Positions 17,838 through 26,651 of a stretch of DNA of 30,722 bases are shown here, piece after piece. The position numbers were made by a program, and so were the translations under genes. The stretch lies in the IMG/VR virus record IMGVR_UViG_3300046779_001025, positions 1-30,722 of that record, one strand, 5' to 3'. How positions within the stretch are numbered: the first letter of the stretch is position 1; each line of letters opens with the position of its first letter. Source of the stretch: a virus (Duplodnaviria > Caudoviricetes). The notes beneath the pieces are model-generated. The model was not told the DNA's origin. It saw only the letters and a list, made by a program, of their open reading frames with translations, and searched no databases.

Positions 17838-19047
17838 TTACAAGTTTATAACTCCAATTGTTAAATAGTTTAATATTCTTGTCTGAATAATGCAACATAG
17901 TTATATCATCATAGTTGTTTCTTCTATATTCTTCAAGTTTTTCAGGTATAGGTAAATTCTTATAATCAATCCAAAAGTCAGTATCTTCCTTATCGCAAAC
18001 GTAATGATGCCTAACAAATAACATACATTCTTGATTAAGGTTTCTAATAAATTCATTATAAGTATCTCTAACCTCTGAGTATCTGTCAATTCCTACCTTT
18101 AAAACTTCTTCATGAAATGCAAATAATTGCAAAATTGAAATCATTATAGATGTTGCCTCTAATGGCTCCATAAATCCTGAACTCAAACCTATTGCAACAC
18201 AATTATTTACCCAAGTTTCTTGGAAACATCCTGAGTTAAATCTTAAAGTGTTATTAAATGATACATCAATTCCTAAGTAAGACTTGACTTCCTCTTTAGC
18301 TTCAGCTTCTGTAATATAATTATTATCAAATACATATCCGCAACCCCATCTATCTTGCAAAGGAATCTTCCACATCCAACCATACCCCATTGCAATTGCA
18401 TCTGTCTTTACAAATTCTTCATTGTCAGTTCTTGGAAGAAAAAATGGAACAGCAGTATTTACTTTTAATTGGTCTTCATAAGATGTCCAAGATGAGTTAT
18501 ATAATGCTCCTATTATTAATCTTTTAAATCCACTACAATCAAAAACAAAGTTTGTGTCTACAACACTATTGTCCTTTAAAACTATACTTGTAATGTTTTT
18601 ATCTGTGTCTAAATTAAAATCAACAACCTCTCCTTCAATAACTTTAACTCCTCTTTCAATAGCAATGCTCTTTAAGAAATCAGCAATTAATCTTGCGTCA
18701 AAATGATAGGCATATGATTTACTATAATCAGGAGTGCCATCAGAATTGTATTTACGATTCTTACCAATAAAATCATGGTCAAATTTCGTACCATTACCTG
18801 ACCAATTTTCAAAGTTTATAGCTGCCTTCTTGGTACTTTTTGTTTTTTCAATAAAAATAGATTCATCAATTTCCAACAAATCAATTAACATACTTCTTAA
18901 ATAAGGAACAGAACCTTCTCCTGCTCCTAATATACCTATTTCAGAACTTTCAATAACTACAACTTCTTGTGAAAATTGAATCTTCTTTAAATATAATGCC
19001 GTCAACCATCCTGATAATCCTCCACCAACAATTGTTATATTTTTCAT
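17818..19047 (-). CDS. tryptophan halogenase-family flavin-dependent enzyme
   Basis: FAD motif IVGGGLSGW, GAGEGS, catalytic-Lys region STKKAAINF, AYHFDA, FDCSGF, WMWKIP (WxWxIP) and FMEPLEATS. Confidence 0.85.
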   Translation of the reverse strand: MKNITIVGGGLSGWLTALYLKKIQFSQEVVVIESSEIGILGAGEGSVPYLRSMLIDLLEIDESIFIEKTKSTKKAAINFENWSGNGTKFDHDFIGKNRKYNSDGTPDYSKSYAYHFDARLIADFLKSIAIERGVKVIEGEVVDFNLDTDKNITSIVLKDNSVVDTNFVFDCSGFKRLIIGALYNSSWTSYEDQLKVNTAVPFFLPRTDNEEFVKTDAIAMGYGWMWKIPLQDRWGCGYVFDNNYITEAEAKEEVKSYLGIDVSFNNTLRFNSGCFQETWVNNCVAIGLSSGFMEPLEATSIMISILQLFAFHEEVLKVGIDRYSEVRDTYNEFIRNLNQECMLFVRHHYVCDKEDTDFWIDYKNLPIPEKLEEYRRNNYDDITMLHYSDKNIKLFNNWSYKLVNEGNFK

Positions 19048-19056
19048 AATATTAAA

Positions 19057-22000
19057 TTAAACTAATTTTAGATGCTGTTCAATGGTTTCTAATCTTATTT
19101 TTAATGATATATTTTCTTGACTTAATTCTTGCAACCCTTTTGTTAATATTGGAATAAGTTTATCAGGACTTAATGAATATTCTCCGTTATCAGCTTGTTG
19201 TCCTACAGCTTCAGGAACAATTGGTTCAACTTCCTGAGCAATAAATCCAACTTGTCTATTACATCCTCTTCTATCTCTTTCTTGTTCATTCCAATCAAAA
19301 GATACAGGTCTAAGTTTATTGACATCACATAACCCATAAGAAATGTCGCATATATTTGTCTTTAATCTACAATCTGACGCTCCACGAACAAGTAATCCAT
19401 TTGTACCAACGCAAACCGCAACACTTGTTCCAACTAAATTGCAAGCCCATAATTGATTTGATGCAAAAGAACAAGCAATACTGTTAACAACACCATATCC
19501 AAATGCACCTGAATATTGTCCTGATACGGTATTAAAGTTGCCCCCAAGTATTGCTGAAGCAGCAGCACTAGCTGTATTGTTACGACCACCTCCAATAAAT
19601 GTATAATTAGTAGAAGCGACATTTAAAAACCCACCTACAATAGAAGCATAATATGCACTAGCAGTATTACAAGCACCACCAACTACAGTAGATTTAATCC
19701 CACTAGCTTTGTTAGTAAATCCTCCTCCCACAAAAGAGTTATTACCACAAGCTATGTTATATTGACCACCACCTATAGTAGCATGAGCCCCAAAAGCAGC
19801 AATATTATTATATCCACCACCTATAAATGAGCCGTTACTACAAATTATATTATTATATCCACCACCTATAAATGCACAATCTCCAAATGAATTAAAAAGT
19901 ATTGTAGGTCCGTACCAACCACTATAGGCACTATAAGATAAACATCCTATACTATTATTTTGTCCACTGCCAATCCCTGAAAAATTAGTAATAACTAAGT
20001 TACTATTCCCCCCGCTAACAGTAGCATTGTTCCCACCTGTATATTGACAATTTAATCCTGCATAACTAGCAGATATAGTGCAACCAACACGATTAAAATA
20101 ACCTCCACCAATTGTACCATAGCATGACAAAACTGTACTTTCCTGTCCTCCACTAATTGTGGCTCCACAAGGAATATTAAAATTATATATAGTTGTCTCA
20201 CATATTTTATTTAGAAAGCCACCTCCAATAGATGAAACTGTACCTGACACATAATTACAACATCCACCTCCAATAGATGAATAAGGTTGACAAATAAAAT
20301 TACAAGAACCGGCTCCAATAAATGAACCGTAGGTAGAACAAACATAATTAAATATTCCTCCTCCAACAAAATTATAACTGCCTATAGTTTTATTGTTATA
20401 TCCACCTACAACAGAAGAATACATACCACTGCTAGAATTAATACTCCCTCCTCCTACAAATGAATAGGATGAAGTAGCACAATTTGCATTTCCTGCTCCT
20501 ACAAACGATTGATATCCACTAGCAACATTATAACCTCCTCCACCTATAAATGAATTTTGTCCACTTGTGTTATTATTATTTCCTGCTAAAACAGAAGAAT
20601 AGGCACCACTTGCTGTATTATTGAATCCTCCCAATGCAGAAGAATAATTATTATTTGCTGTATTGCCTGAGCTGCATCTTACTGATGAATTTAATCCTGA
20701 CCCTGCAACGATAACAGCTTGTCCTGAATAAGGTGCTGTGTTTGTAATACAAAATGTGCCTGATGTAGTTATCGGAGAACCACTTATGCTTATTCCTGTA
20801 CCTGCATTTGCAGAAACAGATGTAACCGTCCCTACATTCCAAGTTCTATTTGCACTAAGGTCATAAGATGTCCCATTAATAGTTAACTCAGTTGCAGCAT
20901 TAGCAGGAGTATATCCTAAAATACCTGCAACTGTATTATTCTCATATCTTAATGTAGATGCGTTCCACCAAATGCTTGCTTTATCAGCAGGGCTTGGAGC
21001 ATATACGTTGTGTAATTCTCCAAGCTCATATCCTGTGTCAACGGATACATAAATCTTACCATTGTTTGCGTGAGCATAAGTCACATAACCCACAATAACT
21101 GCGTGGTTGGGAGCAATAGGTCTAATATTTGTCAATTGACCCGGAGTCGTTGCAGATAAATAAACAACATCTCCATCAACCCAAGTCTCACCCTGAAGTG
21201 AACCTGTAGTGTTAATACTTTTAACCTCACCAAAGTTTGTAACAAATCCTTCTTGGTTTGCTAATATTGTCTCAGTAACAAGACCTAAAACCTCAGTACT
21301 ATTGTTTTCATTATTCCCTTGAGCCAATACAACAGCAAGACGTTGTCCTTGAGCACCGCCTTCTGCTACCTTTCTAATGCGAACTACCTGATAGTTTGCT
21401 TCAAGTAAATCAATACCTGATTTGTTTACTACTCTTGTAACGGTCTCCTGTCCAATTTGAAGTGTAACATTGTTACCCATCAATCTTAAATCCATTGTGC
21501 CATCAACAGAGTTCCACTGCATACGTCCAACCTGTAAAGCACCTGATGGTGTTAGGTCAGCTTGGAAGTATCCTGCAGAAATTCCGTATTCTCCTAAGTC
21601 AACATTAGTCGTAGCTCCTGTATAAGGAACAAATCCTGTTAATCCCGGGAATGTTTGAAGTGCACCTGTACCATCAATGTACTGAAGTGATGTACCCGCA
21701 CCCGTAATAGCAATTGTACCATTCGCAGTTAATGGACTGTTTGCCACACTAAATGCAGATGGCATACTTACACCAACTGATGTAAGACCTGTGTCTAAAT
21801 CAGTCCAAGATGCTGTAATTGTATTACCATCTTGCTCGTTAAGCGTTAATGTCTTTGTTGTTGTTCCTGTAACTGCAGCACTTACAATACTTCTATCATA
21901 AGCTGTATTCCAATTACCTGAGTTATCAGTAATATATGTAATGGTTCCGGCAGTAGATTTAACTAATCCGGTTCCACCTAAATAATTTTGTTTGTTGTTA

Positions 22001-23460
22001 AAGGTAGTCCAATCAATGCTACTTAAATAGCCATCATGCGTAGCATCTGCTTTTTGAATACTAAATCCTCCTGTTAAATTGTTATAAGCTAATGGAGCAC
22101 TTGCACTAAGTGATGCAAATGTTATATATCCTGCACCATTTAGTATTTGATTATTATCAGTAGGGATTGTGATAACACCTGTTACGTTATCATAACCTCC
22201 ACTACCTGCAGAAAAACTTAATGAATTTCTTGCTCTACTATTTAAATAATAAAGATTATTTATTCCCTCAGGAATGTTATCAGTAGTAAGATTTACCGCC
22301 CCGGTAAATCCGTTTACAGATGAAACTGAATCAGTATTATCTACTTTTTGCCAAATGCTTTCGCTAAATATAGCCCAATCGCCAACTTCCCAATCAGTAA
22401 TACCATTTAAATTGACATTACCTGCTACGCTAACTATGTAGTAATGACCCTGTACCCCAACACTACTTGTTAAAGTAGGAACATTTGCACTTGCGTTCCA
22501 AGTCCCTTGATATACAACTCCTCCTACTAATGAATTAATTTGACTTTGTGCTTTACCAAGTGCTACTAATATACTATCGCTTGCGTTAATTGTTCCCGCT
22601 GTTGGATTAAATCCTGTAAGCACCTTATTGATAACCGCTGCATTACTAAGTATAGTACTTGCAGCACCGGGACCACTTGCACTTGCCTCTCCGGTTAATG
22701 CAGTAATATAATTACCTGCCGGTTGCTTACCATCAAAATTTATCCAATCAGCAGCACTTAAGTAACCACCTTGTACATTGCTCGCTTGTTGAATGCTAAA
22801 TACCTTTGTTACATTATTTAATAACAACGGAGAGGCAGCACTATATGCAGGCAAATTAACCCACTCAATACCTGTTGATGTACTTGACAAAACTTGTCCT
22901 AATGTACCCGCAGATTCATTATAATCTACAACAACACCTTGAATAGACAACTGATTTGCAATGTTTGCGGTGTCGGTTGTAATATTTATAGCTTCTAAGT
23001 CAGCATCTAATACGATGTCAATGTCTGCAGTGTTACCTTCTTCTAATACTTGTTGTAAGTTTGGAGTAAAAATAGGAGGAAGTGTAACCCACGCTACCCC
23101 ACTCCCTGTACTACTAAGTAACTGACCACTTGTACCAATTGAATTAACAGAATCATATAGACCGCCTACGATATATGTTTCTTCATTCAAATAGGTGATA
23201 AATAAATTTGCAGTACCTGTTACGTCAAGATTAGTCGTAGTAATTGTCCCAAATAAATTAATGTCTTGAGTGGCTGTATTTCCATAATCCAAAATACCTT
23301 GCAAATTATTTGCAGGTATTACAGGAAGAAATAACTCTAATAGCTCCTGCAGCGTAAAGTTATATGTTACGTCTTCTATTTCACCACCAACACTTGTTCC
23401 TATTAATTTGTCAGATAATTTTGGTACCGGGACTGTTTCGTATGTGCTAATCTTTGACAT
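19057..23460 (-). CDS. long tail fibre/spike with Gly/Asn/Cys repeat region and C-terminal Peptidase_S74 intramolecular chaperone
   Basis: 1467 aa with duplicated shaft segments (NLQxxLxxGNT, YLSxxDWxxFxxKQ), many S(F/V)(I/V)GGGxxN repeats, and SDCRLKTNI...LRPVSFDW...GFIAQEVE. Confidence 0.85.
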   Translation of the reverse strand: MSKISTYETVPVPKLSDKLIGTSVGGEIEDVTYNFTLQELLELFLPVIPANNLQGILDYGNTATQDINLFGTITTTNLDVTGTANLFITYLNEETYIVGGLYDSVNSIGTSGQLLSSTGSGVAWVTLPPIFTPNLQQVLEEGNTADIDIVLDADLEAINITTDTANIANQLSIQGVVVDYNESAGTLGQVLSSTSTGIEWVNLPAYSAASPLLLNNVTKVFSIQQASNVQGGYLSAADWINFDGKQPAGNYITALTGEASASGPGAASTILSNAAVINKVLTGFNPTAGTINASDSILVALGKAQSQINSLVGGVVYQGTWNASANVPTLTSSVGVQGHYYIVSVAGNVNLNGITDWEVGDWAIFSESIWQKVDNTDSVSSVNGFTGAVNLTTDNIPEGINNLYYLNSRARNSLSFSAGSGGYDNVTGVITIPTDNNQILNGAGYITFASLSASAPLAYNNLTGGFSIQKADATHDGYLSSIDWTTFNNKQNYLGGTGLVKSTAGTITYITDNSGNWNTAYDRSIVSAAVTGTTTKTLTLNEQDGNTITASWTDLDTGLTSVGVSMPSAFSVANSPLTANGTIAITGAGTSLQYIDGTGALQTFPGLTGFVPYTGATTNVDLGEYGISAGYFQADLTPSGALQVGRMQWNSVDGTMDLRLMGNNVTLQIGQETVTRVVNKSGIDLLEANYQVVRIRKVAEGGAQGQRLAVVLAQGNNENNSTEVLGLVTETILANQEGFVTNFGEVKSINTTGSLQGETWVDGDVVYLSATTPGQLTNIRPIAPNHAVIVGYVTYAHANNGKIYVSVDTGYELGELHNVYAPSPADKASIWWNASTLRYENNTVAGILGYTPANAATELTINGTSYDLSANRTWNVGTVTSVSANAGTGISISGSPITTSGTFCITNTAPYSGQAVIVAGSGLNSSVRCSSGNTANNNYSSALGGFNNTASGAYSSVLAGNNNNTSGQNSFIGGGGYNVASGYQSFVGAGNANCATSSYSFVGGGSINSSSGMYSSVVGGYNNKTIGSYNFVGGGIFNYVCSTYGSFIGAGSCNFICQPYSSIGGGCCNYVSGTVSSIGGGFLNKICETTIYNFNIPCGATISGGQESTVLSCYGTIGGGYFNRVGCTISASYAGLNCQYTGGNNATVSGGNSNLVITNFSGIGSGQNNSIGCLSYSAYSGWYGPTILFNSFGDCAFIGGGYNNIICSNGSFIGGGYNNIAAFGAHATIGGGQYNIACGNNSFVGGGFTNKASGIKSTVVGGACNTASAYYASIVGGFLNVASTNYTFIGGGRNNTASAAASAILGGNFNTVSGQYSGAFGYGVVNSIACSFASNQLWACNLVGTSVAVCVGTNGLLVRGASDCRLKTNICDISYGLCDVNKLRPVSFDWNEQERDRRGCNRQVGFIAQEVEPIVPEAVGQQADNGEYSLSPDKLIPILTKGLQELSQENISLKIRLETIEQHLKLV

Positions 23461-23473
23461 CGGCTAAGAAATT

Positions 23474-23743
23474 TTAATATACTATTTTTAAATTATCACC
23501 TGTTCTATACAACTGACCGGATGTTAATCCTGCTAATAATGCTGCAGCGTTATCAGCATAAACAGGAACATTATCTATTACTATAGCTTGTGCATTAAAG
23601 TTTTGCTGAAACAATTGTAATAACTCAGCAGGAGTAAAATTATATGTCCCATTTTGAGGGTTTGTTCCACCAATACTTGTGCCGACAAGTTTGTCATTTA
23701 GCTTAGGTAATGCCTGTGTAGGATATGAGTTTATTTTTCCCAT
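23474..23743 (-). CDS. small protein paralogous to the tail fibre N-terminus
   Basis: PKLNDKLVGTSIGG..TYNFTPAELLQLF here versus PKLSDKLIGTSVGG..TYNFTLQELLELF in the fibre. Confidence 0.75.
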   Translation of the reverse strand: MGKINSYPTQALPKLNDKLVGTSIGGTNPQNGTYNFTPAELLQLFQQNFNAQAIVIDNVPVYADNAAALLAGLTSGQLYRTGDNLKIVY

Positions 23744-23788
23744 GTTATACCAATGTTTTAATATACAAGTACATGATGTCTTTTGACT

Positions 23789-23821
23789 AAAAAAAGGATA
23801 CCTAAGAATTTATTAGGTACC
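23789..23821 (-). terminator. Rho-independent terminator
   Basis: Minus-strand GGTACCTAA-TAAATTC-TTAGGTATCC followed by 7 T. Confidence 0.7.
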
Positions 23822-23826
23822 ATTGT

Positions 23827-24060
23827 TTATTTTTTTTCTTTGTGAGTTACTTCACCGGTTTGGGTATTAATAACCGCATCGGCTCCATACTTCTCGATTA
23901 ATACTTTCTCATTATTTGCGAAAGCCTCTTGAATTTTTTCTGCACGAGCGATTAACTCCTGCTTCTTCAATTCAAGGTCGCCAAGAGTAATTTTTACTTT
24001 AGTGTAATCTTGTGCTCCTTGCTTAATAAAGTCTAATTCTTCTGCTGTTAAATTTGCCAT
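23827..24060 (-). CDS. hypothetical coiled-coil protein
   Basis: 77 aa ending LIEKYG..INTQTGE, with its own promoter and terminator. Confidence 0.7.
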   Translation of the reverse strand: MANLTAEELDFIKQGAQDYTKVKITLGDLELKKQELIARAEKIQEAFANNEKVLIEKYGADAVINTQTGEVTHKEKK

Positions 24061-24082
24061 TTGATTTAATTTTTAATTTATA

Positions 24083-24090
24083 CAAATATA
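24083..24090 (-). promoter_or_regulatory. Bacteroidota -7 promoter element TATATTTG
   Basis: TAnnTTTG match in the intergenic gap upstream of ATG 24060. Confidence 0.6.
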
Positions 24091-24104
24091 GTAAATAAAA
24101 TTTA

Positions 24105-24560
24105 TCATTTTAGTAAGTACTTCCTTGCAACCCACAAAGCTATTAGCACTAAAATCAACCATAAAAAACCAATGTAGTTCGCTTTCTTGTCAACCTTCTT
24201 GTCAAATGTCTTTTGCTTGACTTCTTTTTTTACTCCAACCTGCTTTTCGGTTAGCTTTGCAACCACAATTGTAGAAGAGTCAGTAATACGCTTACGTATC
24301 TTTCTAACCTTCACTTTAGCATTAAAGTACTTGGTCTCCCCAATGATGATAGGCTTAGCTGTGTCAATTGGAGTCACCTCAATTTCTTCAGTACTATCTA
24401 CAACAACAATAGCGTTCTGCTGAACGCTAATGCTATCTTTCTTTTCTACAGCTACGCTGTCAGTATATGTTTGTGTTTGGGTCTTAGATACAGCCACCTT
24501 CCTTGCTGCACAAGAGAATAGAAGGGGGATAACTAACACCAATGCAAGATATTTCCCCAT
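24105..24560 (-). CDS. putative unimolecular spanin (lipoprotein with C-terminal TM helix)
   Basis: Signal peptide with lipobox LLFS-C, beta-rich middle and C-terminal YIGFLWLILVLIALWVA; follows the endolysin. Confidence 0.65.
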   Translation of the reverse strand: MGKYLALVLVIPLLFSCAARKVAVSKTQTQTYTDSVAVEKKDSISVQQNAIVVVDSTEEIEVTPIDTAKPIIIGETKYFNAKVKVRKIRKRITDSSTIVVAKLTEKQVGVKKEVKQKTFDKKVDKKANYIGFLWLILVLIALWVARKYLLK

Positions 24561-24565
24561 AGGTA

Positions 24566-25072
24566 TTAAATTAAGACAAAGCCGTTCTTATCAACCTTGT
24601 CGGTTTTATGTAATTGTTGTAATTCAACTATGGATTTACCATAGGTCTTTTGAAAATGTGGGGTATCTACAAACTTCCAATCACCACCCCATTCCCATCC
24701 ATAACGTTTAAAGATAGAAACTACCTCTTGCCAATCTGCTTTCTTATCACCATCAAAGTCAGACTTGGTATCCCAACTTGCTGTCTCAAATGTACCATTA
24801 CCATCTTTGTCAACCAATAAGACAATGTCTACGGCAAGACCATAGTTATGATAACTTTGACCTCCTCGAGCATTTGTAACCTTAGCTCCCGGCTTAGTTC
24901 TACCTTGAGCATATAATGCATCTTGCTCAGCAAAGGTCCTTAAAGTATATGCGAATCGGCACGCTGCCTTTCCACTTAATGCAGAGACAATCTCTTCATA
25001 GATTGAAAAAGCCTCATCCCTTAACTTGGGATGAAGCAGTTTGATTCGCTCCAATGTTTTCTCGTCTCTCAT
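24566..25072 (-). CDS. endolysin, peptidase M15 (L-Ala-D-Glu peptidase-like)
   Basis: LRTFAEQDALYAQGRTKPG, SYHNYGLAVD, WGGDW and DTPHFQ zinc-binding motifs. Confidence 0.9.
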   Translation of the reverse strand: MRDEKTLERIKLLHPKLRDEAFSIYEEIVSALSGKAACRFAYTLRTFAEQDALYAQGRTKPGAKVTNARGGQSYHNYGLAVDIVLLVDKDGNGTFETASWDTKSDFDGDKKADWQEVVSIFKRYGWEWGGDWKFVDTPHFQKTYGKSIVELQQLHKTDKVDKNGFVLI

Positions 25073-25500
25073 TTTATATCGTTGATGTCAGTCTTTATTT
25101 CTTTGGCTCTGTTCAAAACTTTTTTAAGCATAGCCCATATGTCAATCTTAAATGCCTCTTCAATATTTTCTTTGATTGACACAAGCTCAATGAACATAAG
25201 TAGTATAGCACAAATCTTAGTAAACATAAAGTCAAACCCAAATGCGTGCTTTACAAACTCATTCAATAAATACTTGTCCATTAAGAACAATAACAATACA
25301 CACACTTCATACAATAACATCTTACTTACGATGTTTGATAATTTTCTACTTCTCACACTCTTCCACCCGTTTAACTTGATTGACTTAAAAATACCTGTGA
25401 AGGTATCAAGGATTATGGATGCCGCCACTGCTATAAGCAACCCATATATTGGGGTGAATAGAAGAAGTAATGATGCTATTAGGTATTGAATGTGTTTCAT
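25069..25500 (-). CDS. phage holin
   Basis: Several TM segments, ILDTFTGI and ELVSIKENI (holin 4-like), with an ATGA overlap with the endolysin. Confidence 0.8.
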   Translation of the reverse strand: MKHIQYLIASLLLLFTPIYGLLIAVAASIILDTFTGIFKSIKLNGWKSVRSRKLSNIVSKMLLYEVCVLLLFLMDKYLLNEFVKHAFGFDFMFTKICAILLMFIELVSIKENIEEAFKIDIWAMLKKVLNRAKEIKTDINDIK

Positions 25501-25628
25501 CGTCCTTGACCTCTATACGGCTTTTTATAAAGTTTACTATTCTTGTTATTACTCGTCTGATTCTTTGCAGCTACGCCTTTCTTTTTAGGCTTCTTGATAT
25601 AAGAGCTGCCGCTTGTAGCCTTAGCCAT
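25497..25628 (-). CDS. small basic protein, 43 aa
   Basis: Not in the track. Reads MAKATSGSSYIKKPKKKGVAAKNQTSNNKNSKLYKKPYRGQGR and is coupled on both sides (TAATG, ATGA). Confidence 0.75.
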   Translation of the reverse strand: MAKATSGSSYIKKPKKKGVAAKNQTSNNKNSKLYKKPYRGQGR

Positions 25629-26119
25629 TACCAAAGAGCATTTATAAGTGTAGCAGTTGTACCACTTCCACTTCCGTGAACTTTAACTACTTGAACAGGT
25701 AATACCGTACCTACAGGAACTGCAGTGAATGTAACTACGTCTTGACCAATAGTCGTAACCTTTACATTACCCGCACCACCTACATACAAATAACAACCCG
25801 GGTTGCCATTAGAAGTCTGAGGACTTGCAGCATATACCACATATGCTTTTGCAGTTGCAGTGAAGATGTCAGCGTTTAACAACAAAGTTGTTTGACTTAC
25901 AACAACAAGAACTGTTGCAGCGGTACCATCAGTTGTATTGTACACGATGTCACCGGTCTTAACATTTTTTGTATTGAATGTAGCTGCACTATCTACAAGA
26001 GATGCAACTGTAACAGATGTGTTTGTACCACTTGCACTTGGTGCAGGGTATGGCACGTTTGCGTTGTCACTTGGGATAACAGCTAACGCTCTTGAAAATG
26101 TTGTTTTAAATACTGACAT
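25628..26119 (-). CDS. Thr/Val-rich putative virion decoration protein
   Basis: 163 aa with LYVGGAGNVKVT..VTF..VPVGTVLPVQV; shares an internal domain with the ring protein at 3806..4744. Confidence 0.6.
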   Translation of the reverse strand: MSVFKTTFSRALAVIPSDNANVPYPAPSASGTNTSVTVASLVDSAATFNTKNVKTGDIVYNTTDGTAATVLVVVSQTTLLLNADIFTATAKAYVVYAASPQTSNGNPGCYLYVGGAGNVKVTTIGQDVVTFTAVPVGTVLPVQVVKVHGSGSGTTATLINALW

Positions 26120-26124
26120 ATTTT

Positions 26125-26301
26125 TTATTTTTTATCTTGATAAGGAAATACTCTATTCAATGCGTCTCTTCGTTCTTTACATCCACAAGGTTTTCCTGTT
26201 GCCTTAGCTACAGTTTCTACCACCTTCTTAATGCCGGTAGCAGTTGTGATTTTCTCAATGGTGTCTCCAAGACCTCTGCTTTTGTTTGGTTGATTTTGCA
26301 T
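26125..26301 (-). CDS. small protein with CGC motif, 58 aa
   Basis: Not in the track. Reads MQNQPNKSRGLGDTIEKITTATGIKKVVETVAKATGKPCGCKERRDALNRVFPYQDKK. Confidence 0.75.
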   Translation of the reverse strand: MQNQPNKSRGLGDTIEKITTATGIKKVVETVAKATGKPCGCKERRDALNRVFPYQDKK

Positions 26302-26312
26302 ATGATTAGATT

Positions 26313-26651
26313 TTAAATATTTGAAACCCTTCTACCCATACCAACTCTTGACTTCTCAGCTTTTTTAGCGGCAAGTTTTGAAGGACTAATTTCCGATTTT
26401 GTTTTTGGTGTCTTTGAAGACACTCTTTTTGTTGGTCTGCAATATTCATTGCTACCACCTGCACCACAGGCTTTACCTGTCTTTGTATCTTGCCACTTCT
26501 CTCTCTCCCATCTTTTCAAACTACTACCTGCCTCAGTCTTACGCACGCTGCCCGAACTCTTCCTGCATTTAGCAATGGCTTGTGAAGCCCTTGCCGATGG
26601 AAAGACATCATAAGATGCTTTTACTTTTCTATAACAGGCGTCCTTTGGCAT
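26313..26651 (-). CDS. basic hypothetical protein (DUF5872-like)
   Basis: Likely start MPKDACYRKVK (TAATG coupling), with PSARASQ, LKRWEREKW and YCRPTKRVSSKTPKT. Confidence 0.65.
   Translation of the reverse strand: MPKDACYRKVKASYDVFPSARASQAIAKCRKSSGSVRKTEAGSSLKRWEREKWQDTKTGKACGAGGSNEYCRPTKRVSSKTPKTKSEISPSKLAAKKAEKSRVGMGRRVSNI
26408..26423. repeat. 16-bp inverted-repeat motif GTGTCTTTGAAGACAC, copy 3
   Basis: Exact copy; it encodes VSSKT. Confidence 0.9.

Noticed and set aside
19800-20290. Short DNA repeats in the fibre (e.g. TATTATATCCACCACCTATAAATG twice) as DGR or CRISPR
   Set aside because: They are explained by the protein's GGGxxN repeats. There is no reverse transcriptase, adenine-specific mismatch pattern or regular spacer structure.
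23755-23775. Promoter upstream of the mini-fibre gene (TGTACTTGTA)
   Set aside because: It has two mismatches to TAnnTTTG, which is too weak to call.
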